NCBI RefSeq assembly: GCF_006345805.1 | Contig: NC_043017.1 | Coordinates: forward strand, 9,796,001-9,860,000 | DNA: 64,000 nucleotides | Source: Octopus sinensis | Taxonomy: Eukaryota | Direction of reading: 5' to 3' | In this document: piece after piece, positions 1 through 11,745 of the stretch | Position numbering within the stretch: the stretch's first letter is position 1 | How the letters are laid out: every line of letters begins with the position of its first letter | Program-made: the position numbers and the translations under genes | Notes under the pieces: model-generated | What the model was told of the DNA's origin: nothing | Databases searched by the model: none | What the model saw: the letters and a program-made list of their open reading frames with translations, nothing else

Positions 1-689
1 GAAAACAAACGTTAAATGATGATGGGATATAACACTGAGTAGAAAGTGTGCTAGGTTTACGATTAGTATGTTGAGGGCTTGAACAAAGGGCACACAGTAG
101 CCTTCAGCAAAGCACATCATTCTAAGTTGCTTCAAGTCCGTCATCATCATTTGGACATCTGCTTTTACCATGTTTGCATGGGCTGGAAGGATTTTACTGG
201 GGGAGATTTTCTACAGCCGGATGCCCTTCCTGTCACCAATCTTTACCCATTTCCAAGGGAGGTAAGCTAAAGTCAAGAACTAGCAGCAGATGAGAATGGG
301 GTCAACTCTGTCACGAGCTGGGAATCTTATACTTCCAATTACATAAATGCCACAGAAACCCAGATAAGCTCTGACCCAACAGGATTGTCTCAAATCATAA
401 ACATTTTTTTTTTAATTCTTTACAATGTTAAATGTAATGCTTGTCTTTTTAACATTGTTCTGAATTAATCACGATTTATCTCATAGCTTCATGGTTTCAA
501 TGATGTGATTCATCCTTTCTCAAAATGACATTGTAGGGTCGGTGAGAAAGGCTGGATCTGGTCAGTCTGGACAAAAACAGATAGAATATTTTGGCCAGAT
601 GTGACTGGTTTAAATGCTAATGGCTAAAACTCCATAGGGTTGGTCTCCACAAATACAGAGGAAAGAAAAACTAAAACACAAACACCTAC

Positions 690-768
690 CCAGCTGTTTT
701 CTGGTTTTTGTCTTCATATAAACCTCTTCAGCATCATCCAAACAGAGATTCATGTATTCATCAAAACC
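690..768 (-). CDS. SNRPE: SNRPE (Sm protein E) coding exon 4: [26 protein letters not shown](G); gene continues before window start
   Basis: 79-nt exon, ttgcag acceptor and G|gtaggt donor; translation matches the SmE Sm1/Sm2 region as recalled for human ([27 protein letters not shown]); phases 0/1 fit neighbours. Confidence 0.95.
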
Positions 769-2394
769 CTGCAATTTAAACAGACAACACGTTTAACAAT
801 GTTATTAAAACACTCCAATTTCGCATCAGGCAGTTTATACAAGTTCAATTCAATTCTACAAAAGCTTGACACTGTTCCTCAGATTTGAGAAGGCATTCAT
901 TAATACCTATTTCTTTATTACCCACAAGGGGCTAAACACAGAGGGGACAAACAAGGACAGACAAACGGATTAAGTCGATTACATCGACCCCAGTGCGTAA
1001 CTGGTACTTATTTAATCAACCCCGAAGGGATGAAAGGCAAAGTTGAACTCAGAACGTAGCGGCAGACGAAATACCGTCCAGTATTTCGCCTGGCGTGCTA
1101 ACAGTTCTGCCAGCTCATCGCCTTCATAAATACCATTGAGTTTTGTGTTTAACTGGGACTGAATTTTATTGTGAAGATGTGTAGCCGGTCATTAGGGGGT
1201 TGCATTCGCAGTCGTAAAACCATGGTTTCAATTCCTAGACTGGGTGGTATGCTGAGTAATTGAACAAAACACTTCATCCAACATTGCTTCAGGTTCACTC
1301 AGCAGTAAAATTGAGTTCCAGCAAAAGCTGGGAGGTTAACCCTGCAATGGATTGGTGTCTCGTTCAGGTGTGTATTTGAAAGTGGTGGGGGAGGATTTCA
1401 GCCACTTGCATGCCATGGAAATCGGATCAAACTCTGACCTTATGAATCATAGGGCTCCTATCAGACCTAAGCGAACTTTATTTTATCGACCCTCAAAAGG
1501 ATGAAGGGCAAAGCTAACCATGACAGGATTTCAACTTGGAGCACAAAAAACAGGAACAAATACCACAGGGTATTTATTGTCCCTTGCCCTAATGATTCTG
1601 CTAAACCACTGCCTTCAAGGGTCTGAATTAACAAGGGTTTCCAACTTCAACACAAGGACAGCAGTTTTGAGGAGGAGGGTTTAGTCGACAACATTGGCCC
1701 TAGTATTTGACTGATACTTTATTCAACCCCAGAGAAATGAATGGCAAAGTTGACCCCAAAGTGATCTGAACTCAGAATGTAAAGAACCAGAAGAAATTTC
1801 TACACGGCATTCTTTCTGACGCTCTAACAATTCTACCAGTTCACTGTCTGAAATAACAATAATAATAATAGTTTCAAATTTTGGACACTAACCCCAGTAC
1901 TTTACTCCTCTGTTTTACCAACCCTGAAAGGGTGGGTTGGGATTTGAACTCAGAACATAGAGATCTAGAAGAAATGCTTTGCAGTATTTCTTCCAGTTCA
2001 CTGCCTTTTATGTGTGAGAGGAGTAGTAGTAATCAGTAATTGATTATCACTGACAAAAACACAAACGTAGTAAAAGGCAACAGCTGAAGACGTGGATATC
2101 TGAGGGATATCTGTGTTAAATGTTATAGAAAAGATCAATGTCAACATGATGTGAGATACCAGATGTCTTTACAGTTTACTATCTATCAGGTCATCAGTAA
2201 ATGTGGTTTTTTTATATTTCTTTTATTTTTCAAAATTATGATAAAGTTCTTTTTTAATCTAAAATATATAACCCTTCATTTTCTACAATGCTCTTCTTCT
2301 GTCTATCTGGTACACTTACAAGGCCCCTCCTCCAAAATTAACTTGTCTGTGACGAAAAATACTCCTCCACTACTGTTCTGACCTCATCTACAAA

Positions 2395-3335
2395 ATTCAT
2401 ATTATTTCTGTCCAAATGATTTTAAAGACTGTGGAATAAGTGATAATCAGATGGAGCAAGGTCTGGCAAATATGGTGGGTGGGGCATCGTTTCCCATTCA
2501 AACTGCTCCAGCCCTTTGAATGTCATCCTTACTATGCATGGCTGAGCATAATCTTGATGGAAGGACATCTTTTGTCTTGAAACCAGATGGTCATTTTCCT
2601 TCTAGTGCTGACTTAAGTCACTCAAGCTGCTTACAATAGATCTGCTTTATCATTTGGTTTGGGTTTAAAAGTTCAAAGTGGATTAAACCCTTCATATCCC
2701 ACCAAACAAGTAATACCATATGTGGATGAAGACCTTTAACCTGGGGTGCAGGTGTTTCCCCTTTCTCTACCCACTGTCTTCGGTGCTTGTCATTTTTATA
2801 GAGAACCTATTTTTCGTCACCAGTCACTATTCCGTCCAAAAAAGGTTCATTTGTGAGGTGTGACAGCAAAGAAGAGCACACATTAACTCTCTCTCTACAC
2901 GCGATTAAACTTGGAAAGTTTGTGCAGAACCCATTGACCAGATTTGCTGACTTTTCCGATGGCATGCAGGTGTTGATGAATAGTTGAATGACCAAATCCA
3001 AGCTTCTCTGCTACTTCCTCAACAGTTACAGTGGGATTTTGTTCCACAAGAGTTTGCAAGACATCCTCGTTGAGCTATACAGATCTTCCGGGAGAGGCTT
3101 GTCTTTTAGGCTGTAGTTTCCAGCTTGGAATTCCTGGCACCACTATTGACACTGGCTTACACTTATTGTCTGATCCACATATACTCCATTAATATTCCTC
3201 GCACTGTTGCCTTTATTGAATTCATAAGCAAAATGACGAATATGCTCTTTTGTCATTTTCATTATAGCTTTGAAAAAATAACTGTCAAAATCGAACTGCA
3301 CTTTTTAAAACTTGCACTAAGAATAAGCACAAGGT
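2395..3335 (-). mobile_element. Degenerate mariner (Tc1/mariner) transposase relic in SNRPE intron 3
   Basis: Minus-strand translation ERVNVCSSLL..EPFLDGIVTGDEK*VLY..KGLHP..LVWWDMKGLIHFELL, with stops and frameshifts; boundaries approximate. Confidence 0.85.
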
Positions 3336-5002
3336 AAAATTACTACCTGCTTTTAATGCAAGTTGATGATTCAAGTAGTTTATCCCATCTCCCTTCGACT
3401 TTTAGTTCATGCAATTGAAAAAACCACATTATTTGAGATGACCCAATATATATGTATGTGTATATATATATATATATATGAAACAGCTACTAGCAATAAC
3501 TATTTACTTTTAAATCACAGTATTGATGGAAGTTCAAAATAAACAGCCAGTATTGATAATCAATATCTTCTTTTCGGGCCTTACAAAAAGTATCGAGTCA
3601 TTTATTCAAACAATGTTTAGTGTAATAAAATACACAAGCCTATAAAGCAAACAATTGTACACGCATTTACATCATATACACACATCTATGCACTTAGGCA
3701 TGCATGGTGATTGAGCCATCTTCGCAGATGTTTTTTTTCTCTCTCTCTCTCTCTCTCTGTGCTTTCATGCTGTCAATGGTGTTTCTGTCTTTCCGTCTTG
3801 TGGAGCCACATGGCTTGGAGCACATGTGGCAGAGGAAAAGTTGTTAACTGATAGTTGTGCTTCCAACTGATTAGGTCTGTGTACGTCACCACATTTCCAT
3901 TACCGTAGGACGTTCAGTGGACAGAATAACAAATGAGGTCACCATAAAGAGACATCTGTACATAATTGGATTATAGGGATAAAAAATTCCAGCTAGTAAT
4001 GAGGCTCTGGTTCAACTTAGCTTCAAGAAAGCAATGGGGATGCATAGGAGACAGAATGCCAGCCAGGGCACCACTGTGAGCACATCTACATGCTCATGGC
4101 TTGCAGGCCACTTCCTATGAACCTTTGGCAACATCCAACAATGTGGCAGACATGGACACAGTTAACCTCTGCATGCTCTCCTCCCACCATAATTGTCGGA
4201 GACCCCTTGGACTGTGACAGTCACCTACATCGCACCAACTGATTAGGTCTATACAAGTCACCACATTGTCCCATAGGACTTTCAGTGAAATAAGATTTGT
4301 AGTTTTTTATTTCATGCTGACCACTTGATTAAATCCTTACGGTGGTTTTACCCTTAATTTTGTATAAAATTTATATATGCTCCTGATCAAATTGCATTCA
4401 CTGTGATACTATTTTGATAACCAACTGCTACTTGTTTCCAAGTAAGGCCACATTTCCCCAGGACCAAACATTTCCATCGAAGGTTGGAAACAAAGGACAT
4501 CATTTACATAATGGTGACACTCGTTCACAACAATCTAATGATTTCAATGTAAGGAGACAGTAATACACAAACACACACAACAGGCTTCTTTCAGTTTCCT
4601 TCTATCAAACCCACTCACAAGACTTTGGTCAACCTGCAATTAAAAATGCTTCAAAAGACGCAAAAGAGTTGCTAACAAGAACATTCAATTGTAAAATCCT
4701 GCCACAACAAACTCCTTGTCTAAATTCATTCTAGTAAGTAAAAGCAGACCTTAAATGAACAAAATAAACTAGGAGCTGCCTAAGGGAGGTGGGGGATACC
4801 AAAAGGGGCAACTATGCACTGCATGTAGTGTTTGTAAACTGTTTATTTCAGAGAATCTAGTTGAAGTGAAAATATATATATATATATAAACAGAGAGAGA
4901 GAGAGCTAGTTTGGCACAGTCCTCTGGCTTGTCAAACTGACCAATCCCTGCCAGCATGGAAAACAGACATTAAATGCTATGATGATGATGAGATATACTT
5001 AC

Positions 5003-5065
5003 CACTATACATCCTTCAATTCGTAGGTTAACTTGTTCATACAACCATACTTGGATTCTCGACCT
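5003..5065 (-). CDS. SNRPE: SNRPE coding exon 3: [21 protein letters not shown]
   Basis: 63-nt exon, ttttgcag acceptor, GTG|gtaagt donor; near-identical to human [21 protein letters not shown]. Confidence 0.97.
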
Positions 5066-6279
5066 CTGCAAAAGAAAAACAAAAACAAAACAATCAGTTC
5101 AGCGCAAGATGGAAATCAATACATTTAAAGTGCAAAGAAAGAAAAAGAAAAAACTCAAGCGTTTTAGTCACAGAGAGAGTATGACCATATGACCTGGGAA
5201 TGGAATCCATGCTTTTGCTAATTGTTTTAAGGGCCTATGTGATTGTAAGCAAACGCCTTCTTGGTCCTCCAACCAAAGAGGAACATAAAGGATGTGACAG
5301 ATGGAAGGAAAAAGGGCTGCTTCCAATACTAGCCCAGCACTCATTGGCAGTGTGGTTAAGAAGTTTGCTTCCTAACCATGTGGTCTTGGACTCAGTCCCA
5401 CTGTGTGGCAACTTGGGCAAATGTCTGCAACAATAACTCTGAACTGACTGAAGGCTTGGGAGTGGAATTGGTAACTGGAAACTAAAAGAAGGCAGTGTCT
5501 TTATATGTACTGTTTTCTAGACAACACACTGTGGTTGTAAATGAGCATCACTGTCATATAAGTGAGGTCGTTTGTTTCCAGTCTGCCATGAAAAACATGC
5601 CTTGTTATGTGACAATATTAGCCTACTTGGAAACAGGTGAGAGTTGGTGACAGGAAGAGCATCTAGCTGTAGAGAATCTGCCTCAACAAAATGCATCTGA
5701 CCCATGCAAGTATGGAAAACAGGATGATAATGATGATGATTGAAAGTGGGTCAAGGTGAAATGAAGGACTCTGTTCAAGGACACAACACACCACCGTGTC
5801 AAGGAACTGATCTCCCAACCTTATGGTTGTTGTCTCAGCACCCTAACCCTAACAACTAGGCAAAGAAAACAACAGTTTTACATTATATTTCAAGTATTTT
5901 AGGGCAACACTCCATCATCATTCAACGTCCACTTTTCCATGGGTCAGATAGAATTTGCTGAGGCAGATTTTCTACAGCCAGATGCTCTTCCTGTTGTCAA
6001 CCCTCATCTGTTTCCAAGCAAGGTAATATGACTGACATATTTTCCATGGAAGACAGGAAATGAACCTCACTTGTATGATGATGATGCTGCTCATTTAACT
6101 CATGGCTAGACAAGGGTCCACACTAACACACACACAGACAGATATACAATAGGCTTCTTTCAGTTTCCACCTGGGGCTATAATATGCCCAGGGTGCTGCA
6201 TTGAAGCATATGGGAACCGATATTAAGAAAGGCTAAGAAAATATTAGATTTATAAGCCCCAAGATTCACTCAAGCCCAT

Positions 6280-6540
6280 GGGCATATGGCGTAGTGGTTA
6301 AGAGTGTGGGCTACTAACCCCAAGATTCTGAGTTCGATTCCAGGCAGTGACCTGAATAATAATAACAACAACAACATTGAAAAATACCTTACGAATGAGA
6401 ACCCAGGTTCGAAATTTCCCCCAAGACACCTGATGAAGGCTGGAGGGTATATCAGCCGAAATGTTGTGTTAACAATAAACAAGATGAAGACAAATATCTA
6501 TCAAATGTAAATAATTCCTCATCTCTTAAATATAGAACTG
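6280..6540 (+). mobile_element. tRNA-headed SINE family E with a hammerhead-like (Penelope-type) tail; degenerate second copy at about 51100-51330
   Basis: A box TGGCGTAGTGG (6287-6297), B box GAGTTCGATTCC (6330-6341), CTGATGA..GAAA fold at 6425-6470. Confidence 0.75.
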
Positions 6541-7457
6541 AATAACTTTTTCTCTTTTTATGAGGCAAGGCTGGACAATGGTAATTATTCAAGTTGTCAT
6601 AAAGAGCTAAAGAAATCTGGATAGAAGCCTTTAATGCAATCATGTTTTGTAACCCTTTTGGGAAATAGCTGCTAGCCTTTAAATGCCAAAGTGCTGCTGT
6701 GTATGTTCTTAGAGTGAGATTAGAAGAGAATGGTGGGATCTGGCATTAGTTCTTGTTCCACTTTTCATTTTTTTTTTTAAGCTCTTTTGTAGACAAAAGT
6801 TTGAAACAAGATTTTCAAAAAAACTTCAGTTTTATATCTTTTTTACATGTTACCTGTTCCAGTGGCCATGCTGGGGCACTGCTTTGTACAGTACTTGCTT
6901 CACAAAACTATTGGACTATGGCCATGCTGGGACACTGCCTTGTAAAGTACTTGCCAGTGTTGATTTGATGGGAAAACAGAAAGAGCAACACATTCCCTCT
7001 CTCTCTCTTTCGGAGAGGCACTGAGCAGCTATATGCACACATACACACACGGCAGTAACTTCCACCTACCGAATTCAATCACAAAGCTTCGGTCGGCCCG
7101 GGGCTATAGCGGAAGACACCCACCCAAAGTGCCACGCAGTGGGACTGAACCCGAAACCATGTAGCTAGGAAGCAAGCTCCCTAACCACACAGCCATTCTT
7201 TAACAGATATTAAAATGATAATATCCGTTAAATGATGGTGAATACTATAAGTGGATATTTTTAGTGTGTTTTTTAACCAATACATATTTAGGATGTTAAT
7301 CTAGGATATTGATGACAACAGTAAAAACGTAGTCGTCACTTTACTGTCAAGTTCAGATTCAATCCACACTGCATTATCCATGTACTGTTTTTAATTAATT
7401 AATTGAACACATGCCATGATTAGTATAAAAAAATAAATATACACTGAAAATACTTAC

Positions 7458-7484
7458 ATTTTGTAGGTAACGGAAAATCAAATT
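7458..7484 (-). CDS. SNRPE: SNRPE coding exon 2: NLIFRYLQN
   Basis: 27-nt exon, ccttag acceptor preceded by TTCCTTAAC branch site, AAT|gtaagt donor; matches human NLIFRYLQN. Confidence 0.95.
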
Positions 7485-10083
7485 CTAAGGAGAAAAAGTT
7501 AAGGAATTTTTGATTCACACAATGATTTCATTAAGATATACATTGAAAGGTAAAATCTCTTTGTTCAATGATTGGCATCAACAGGTGATGTTACTTTATA
7601 ATTAAGACCTTCATAGACAAAAACAAATCACATGGATATCATTCATATTATTTCAATTCTTTTGAAAGACACAGTGACTTAGCAGAACTGTTAAAGGTAC
7701 TGAAAAACCCAGATTAAATGTGTCATCGTCATCGTTTTAGTGTCCACTTTTCCATGCTTGCATGGGTTGAACCGAGTTTACGGAGGCAGATTTTCTACGG
7801 CTAGAGTCCCTTCTTGTTGCCAACCTTCACCTGTTTCCAAGCAAGGTAACATTTCCCCCACGGCCAGACATGTGTCCACAGAATATCGGAAATGAATGAC
7901 ACTGCTTCTATGGCCATGACACTCATTTACACTGGGCACCTTTCAGTTTCCATTTACCAAATCCATTCATAAGGGATATAGAAGACACTTGCCCAAAGTA
8001 CCACCATGCAGCGGAACTGAACCAGAAACCATGAGGTTGGAAAGCAAACAGCCACACCTTTCATTGTTGGAATAAATACCAGTGATATACTGAGGGTGTA
8101 TCCTCCAGAATAATAAGAGCAGACTTTGGCGAGGTGATGGTTCTTCAGCTAGGATATCCAGGAGCAATGAGGAGTCTTCAGGTAGGATCACCTAGGATCA
8201 TAGTCTCTCAAAGAGAGTCACAACACTGTCACATTACATACAAGCGTGTGTTAGCTTCCATCCCCCAGTAAAAAGCAGATCTGGCTACAGAATCTGTCCC
8301 AATAAATTCCATTTGACTCATGCAAGTATGGAAGAAGTGTGTGCGTGTATATATGTATATATATATATACACACACACACATGCAACACAGAGGCATATG
8401 TATGTCTGTCATACAAGCAGAATCACTTGTTTGAAAACAGCATCATAAGCGGAAAGTGTAACCTCTCGAAAGAGCTGTTCTTCACTCCTGCTCCAGAGCG
8501 TCGGCTGCGGGGTCATTCCAAAAAGCTCTACCTGCGACGATTTCATCTCAATCGAAGGAGAGGAGCTTTCTCCATCCGGGTTGCGGATCCGTGGAACAAG
8601 CTGCCAGACGAGATGGTGAAGATGCCGACGACCGCTTTGTTCAAAGCCTCCCTTGACCTCAAGTGGCCTGAACTCTTTACACGAACACCACCCTGTACTT
8701 AACTCCATGTCCCCCTACATGGCCTTGCTATTTGCTTTTGAGCCAAATTAACTAACTAACTAACATGTCCAGTCCTGGAAACAGGTGAGGGTTGGCAACA
8801 GGAAGAGCACCTGGCATTTTGTTTTACCAAATTCCATTTGAAACATGCAAACTAAGTGAAAGAGGACATTAAAAATAATGTTGATGATGTGTCAACCATG
8901 GTATGCAATATCTTCCAATTTGTAATTCTGTCAGTGTTGTCTGATGACTCCTCTAATGTTATTCAGAAGATTCAACAAAACAGACCCTCAACAAGCATGT
9001 AATATTTGTGGTAACAGAATGTATTGGACAAAATACTCCAGAACAAAGGATGGGTTTCCATGAAATGCCAAACAAAGGACTGCTTCGTTCATTTGTTTAA
9101 TGCTAGTTTTTCTATGCTTGGATGGTTTTGGACAGAAAGACGTGTAATCTTGTCTTGTCATTATGCAATGATTGTAAATGAACGAGCAACACTATTATAC
9201 AAATAATGTTCTCTCTCTGTTGCCTACCTTCCATGTTTGGCAAGGAAGAAATATGACCTTGCACGGAAACAAGTGAAAGTTGGTATCGGGAAGGGCATTT
9301 GGTGGTTAAACTAAAGCGTTAAACCCGGTCCAAAAAACAAAAGAAAATGTGTGTAATAGGTGTAAAACAACTTCCTCTAAACGAATATGAAAAAAAAAAA
9401 TGCGCGCACGCGAGAGGGTAGTGGGGGAGAGGCCTCTGAAAATCACATCGGGAATTTCCGAAAGCGTCTGAGGGGCTGACCCGGGCACCAAAACAAAAAA
9501 GAAACTAGTGTAATATGTGTAAAACAACTTGCTCTAAACGAATATGACAAAATAAAATGCCCCTCTTAAAACACCTTCCCCAAAAAATTTGGTATATTCG
9601 GAATCTACATATGACACATATTGGGAGGAAATTTCATTAAAAAAAATATCCATTATTCTGAAAGTTATAATTATCCAATTATCCAATTCATACATATTAC
9701 ACACACGTTTTTGACTAGAAAAACATGAGAAATATTACGCAATACAAGAGCGGAAATTTATACATTGGTTCGTTGGAAACTTTCCGTCATTTGAAGAACC
9801 GTGCGTGGCGACAATGTAAAGCATTAAGCTTCAAATATTCACATATATAAACAATGTGTGGTTACATTTACACATATATGTATTAGCTAGTAGTACCACA
9901 TATATATATATTATATTATCATGGATTTATAGAACAATCGTCGAACACAGAGACAAAAAACGTGGTTATTTCGTTGACATGTGACGCTACACACGGAAAC
10001 ATATATAGAATCATGCAAGAAATTTAGCAAATTAGTAATCAATACAACGAAAGCAATAGTTAATATTTAAAAATAAAGGATAC
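7485..10083 (-). other. SNRPE: U12-type (minor spliceosome) GT-AG intron 1 of SNRPE
   Basis: 5' splice site GTATCCTT (10083-10076); branch site TTCCTTAAC (7506-7498) 13 nt from the end of the intron; short pyrimidine tract. Confidence 0.92.
8400..8763 (+). mobile_element. CR1/L2-clade LINE 3' end, 5'-truncated, (TAAC)n tail
   Basis: ORF ...LRGHSKKLY...RRGAFSIRVADPWNKLPDEMV..FKASLD is the typical CR1-group ORF2 C-terminus; short tandem tail. Confidence 0.85.
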
Positions 10084-10134
10084 AATTGGTTGGACCATAA
10101 CTTTCTGGACCTTCTGACCTCCTTTATAAGCCAT
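10084..10134 (-). CDS. SNRPE: SNRPE coding exon 1: MAYKGGQKVQKVMVQPI
   Basis: ATG at 10134-10132 in aaaatcATGG context, 17 codons, followed by GTATCCTT donor; matches the human N-terminus MAYRGQGQKVQKVMVQPI. Confidence 0.96.
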
Positions 10135-10300
10135 GATTTTTGTTTTTAGTTGAGACAAAAAAAGCCGGAGACAAACAATTCAAGGAATGGCGGGCGTACA
10201 ACAGCAACTACGCATGCGCGCACCGGTAGGAAGAGACCGTTGAGAAATGTTCTCTTTTAATACCGCCGCTTCGTATTCTTATAAAGCTCGAATCCATCGG
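10135..10300. promoter_or_regulatory. CpG-containing promoter upstream of SNRPE, probably bidirectional; NRF1-like CGCATGCG palindrome at 10211-10218
   Basis: Local CpG enrichment against a CpG-poor background, immediately 5' of the SNRPE ATG; a plus-strand consensus donor lies downstream at 10588. Confidence 0.6.
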
Positions 10301-10588
10301 TTTATTTATTTATTGGTTGTTTTTAGTTTTGTGTGCGTATGTAATAAGAATTATTTTAATTCCAGTTTCAAATGTTTCTCGCGTTGTAGATAAATCGACT
10401 CGTTCGATTATTTATTTACCTATATCGCGTCTTCTCGTATCAGAATTTTGAACGTTGTCTTCCCTCTCTGTTTCTCTTTCCCTCTCTTTCCTTCTGCCTT
10501 TCTTTCTCTCTGTCTTTCTTTCTCTGTCGCTTTTTCTTTTCCCCTTTCGTCTTTTTCACACATACAAAAAGGAGCTTTTATTTCAAAG
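10240..10588 (+). other. Candidate non-coding first exon (5' UTR) of GUK1 from the SNRPE-shared promoter; start approximate
   Basis: Perfect AAG|GTAAGT donor at 10588/10589 after non-repetitive CpG-containing sequence; GUK1 is the next recognisable plus-strand gene. Link to GUK1 is inferred. Confidence 0.4.
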
Positions 10589-10849
10589 GTAAGTTAATGC
10601 TAACATATCATTACAGTGCTTTAAAACTAAAAAATATATCATGCATCAAAAAACAAACGTCTTATTAGTAAACAACTAGTATTATCTTCAGTTTTCTGGA
10701 AATAAGATTAGTGTATACGGGAGACAACTCCGTACATGCCTAGCCTTATACTGACCTCATAAGTAAAGTTTTACCTTCACTGTATTTGTCAAAGTATTGA
10801 TGAATTTATCATATTAACCATTCGCTAATATCAGTTCTTGTTTCCTCTC

Positions 10850-11745
10850 TCATCATCATCATCATCATCATTTAACGTCCGCTTTCCATGCTAGCATGGG
10901 TTGGACGATTTGACTGAGGGCTGGCGAACCAGATGGCTGCACCAGGCTCCAATCTTGATCTACAGCTGGATGCCCTTCCTAACACGCCAACCACTCCAAG
11001 AGTGTAGTGAGTGCTTTTACGTGCCACCGGCACGGGGGCCTGTCAGGCTGTACTGGCAATGACCTCGCTCGAATCTTTTTACACATGCCACCGGCACAGG
11101 TGCCAGTAAGGCGATGCTGGTAACGATCACGCTCGAATGGTGCCATTTACGTGCCACCGGCACGGAAGCCAGTTAGCCGCTCTGGCAACGATCACGCTCG
11201 GATGGTGCTCTTGTCACCCTACTAGCACGGGGCTCAAGTGCCAGTAAGGTGACGCTGGTAACGATCACACTTGAATGGTGCCTTTTACATGCCACTGGCA
11301 CAGAAGCCATCAACTGCTCTGTCAATGATCACACCTGTATGGTGCTCTTTGCACCCTGCTAGCACGGATGCCAGTCATCGAATTTGATTTTGATTTCACT
11401 TGCCTCAACAGGTCTTCACAAGCAGAGTTTAGAGTCCAAAGAAAGAAAAGGTATGCATAAGTGGGCTGGTTACGTCCCTGGCATAGGCCACAAGGTTATG
11501 GTCTCACTTGGTTTGCCGAGTCTTCTCAAGCACAGCATATTTCAAAAGTTCCTGGTCACTAGTCATTGCCTCGGTGAGGCCCAATGTTTGAAGGTCATGC
11601 TTCACCACTTCATCCCAGGTGTTCCTGGTTCTACCTCTTCCACAGGTTCCCTCAACCGCTAGGGTGTGGAACTTTTTCACACAGCTATCCTTATCTATTC
11701 TCGCCACATGGCCATATCAGTGCAGTTGTCTCTCTTGCTCACCAA
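10850..11745 (-). mobile_element. RTE-clade LINE 3' end: ORF2 C-terminus plus long 3' UTR with internal tandem units and (GAT)n tail
   Basis: VEGTCGRGRTRNTWDEVVKHDLQTLGLTEAMTSD (11707-11504) is contiguous with the abundant ggatgcccttcctaacgccaaccactcc repeat; further 3'-UTR copies at about 11800, 20215, 36090, 44890, 45550, 48190, 48900, 55190, 56095, 62190. Confidence 0.8.

Noticed and set aside
1-689. Search for SNRPE exon 5 (RIMLKGDNITLLQ)
   Set aside because: No matching sequence; region is repeat-derived, so the exon must lie before the window
6280-6350. tRNA-like sequences here and at 24465, 29366, 40553, 43966, 63017
   Set aside because: A/B boxes are present but they are SINE heads continuing into repeat bodies, without complete cloverleaf acceptor stems
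7200-7440. Possible intronic box C/D snoRNA in SNRPE intron 2
   Set aside because: TGATGA/CTGA-like words occur at chance frequency; no terminal stem or recognisable guide
11020-11370. Regularly spaced ~50-bp repeats resembling a CRISPR array
   Set aside because: Degenerate internal tandem units of the RTE 3' UTR in a eukaryotic genome; no constant repeat with unique spacers, no cas genes
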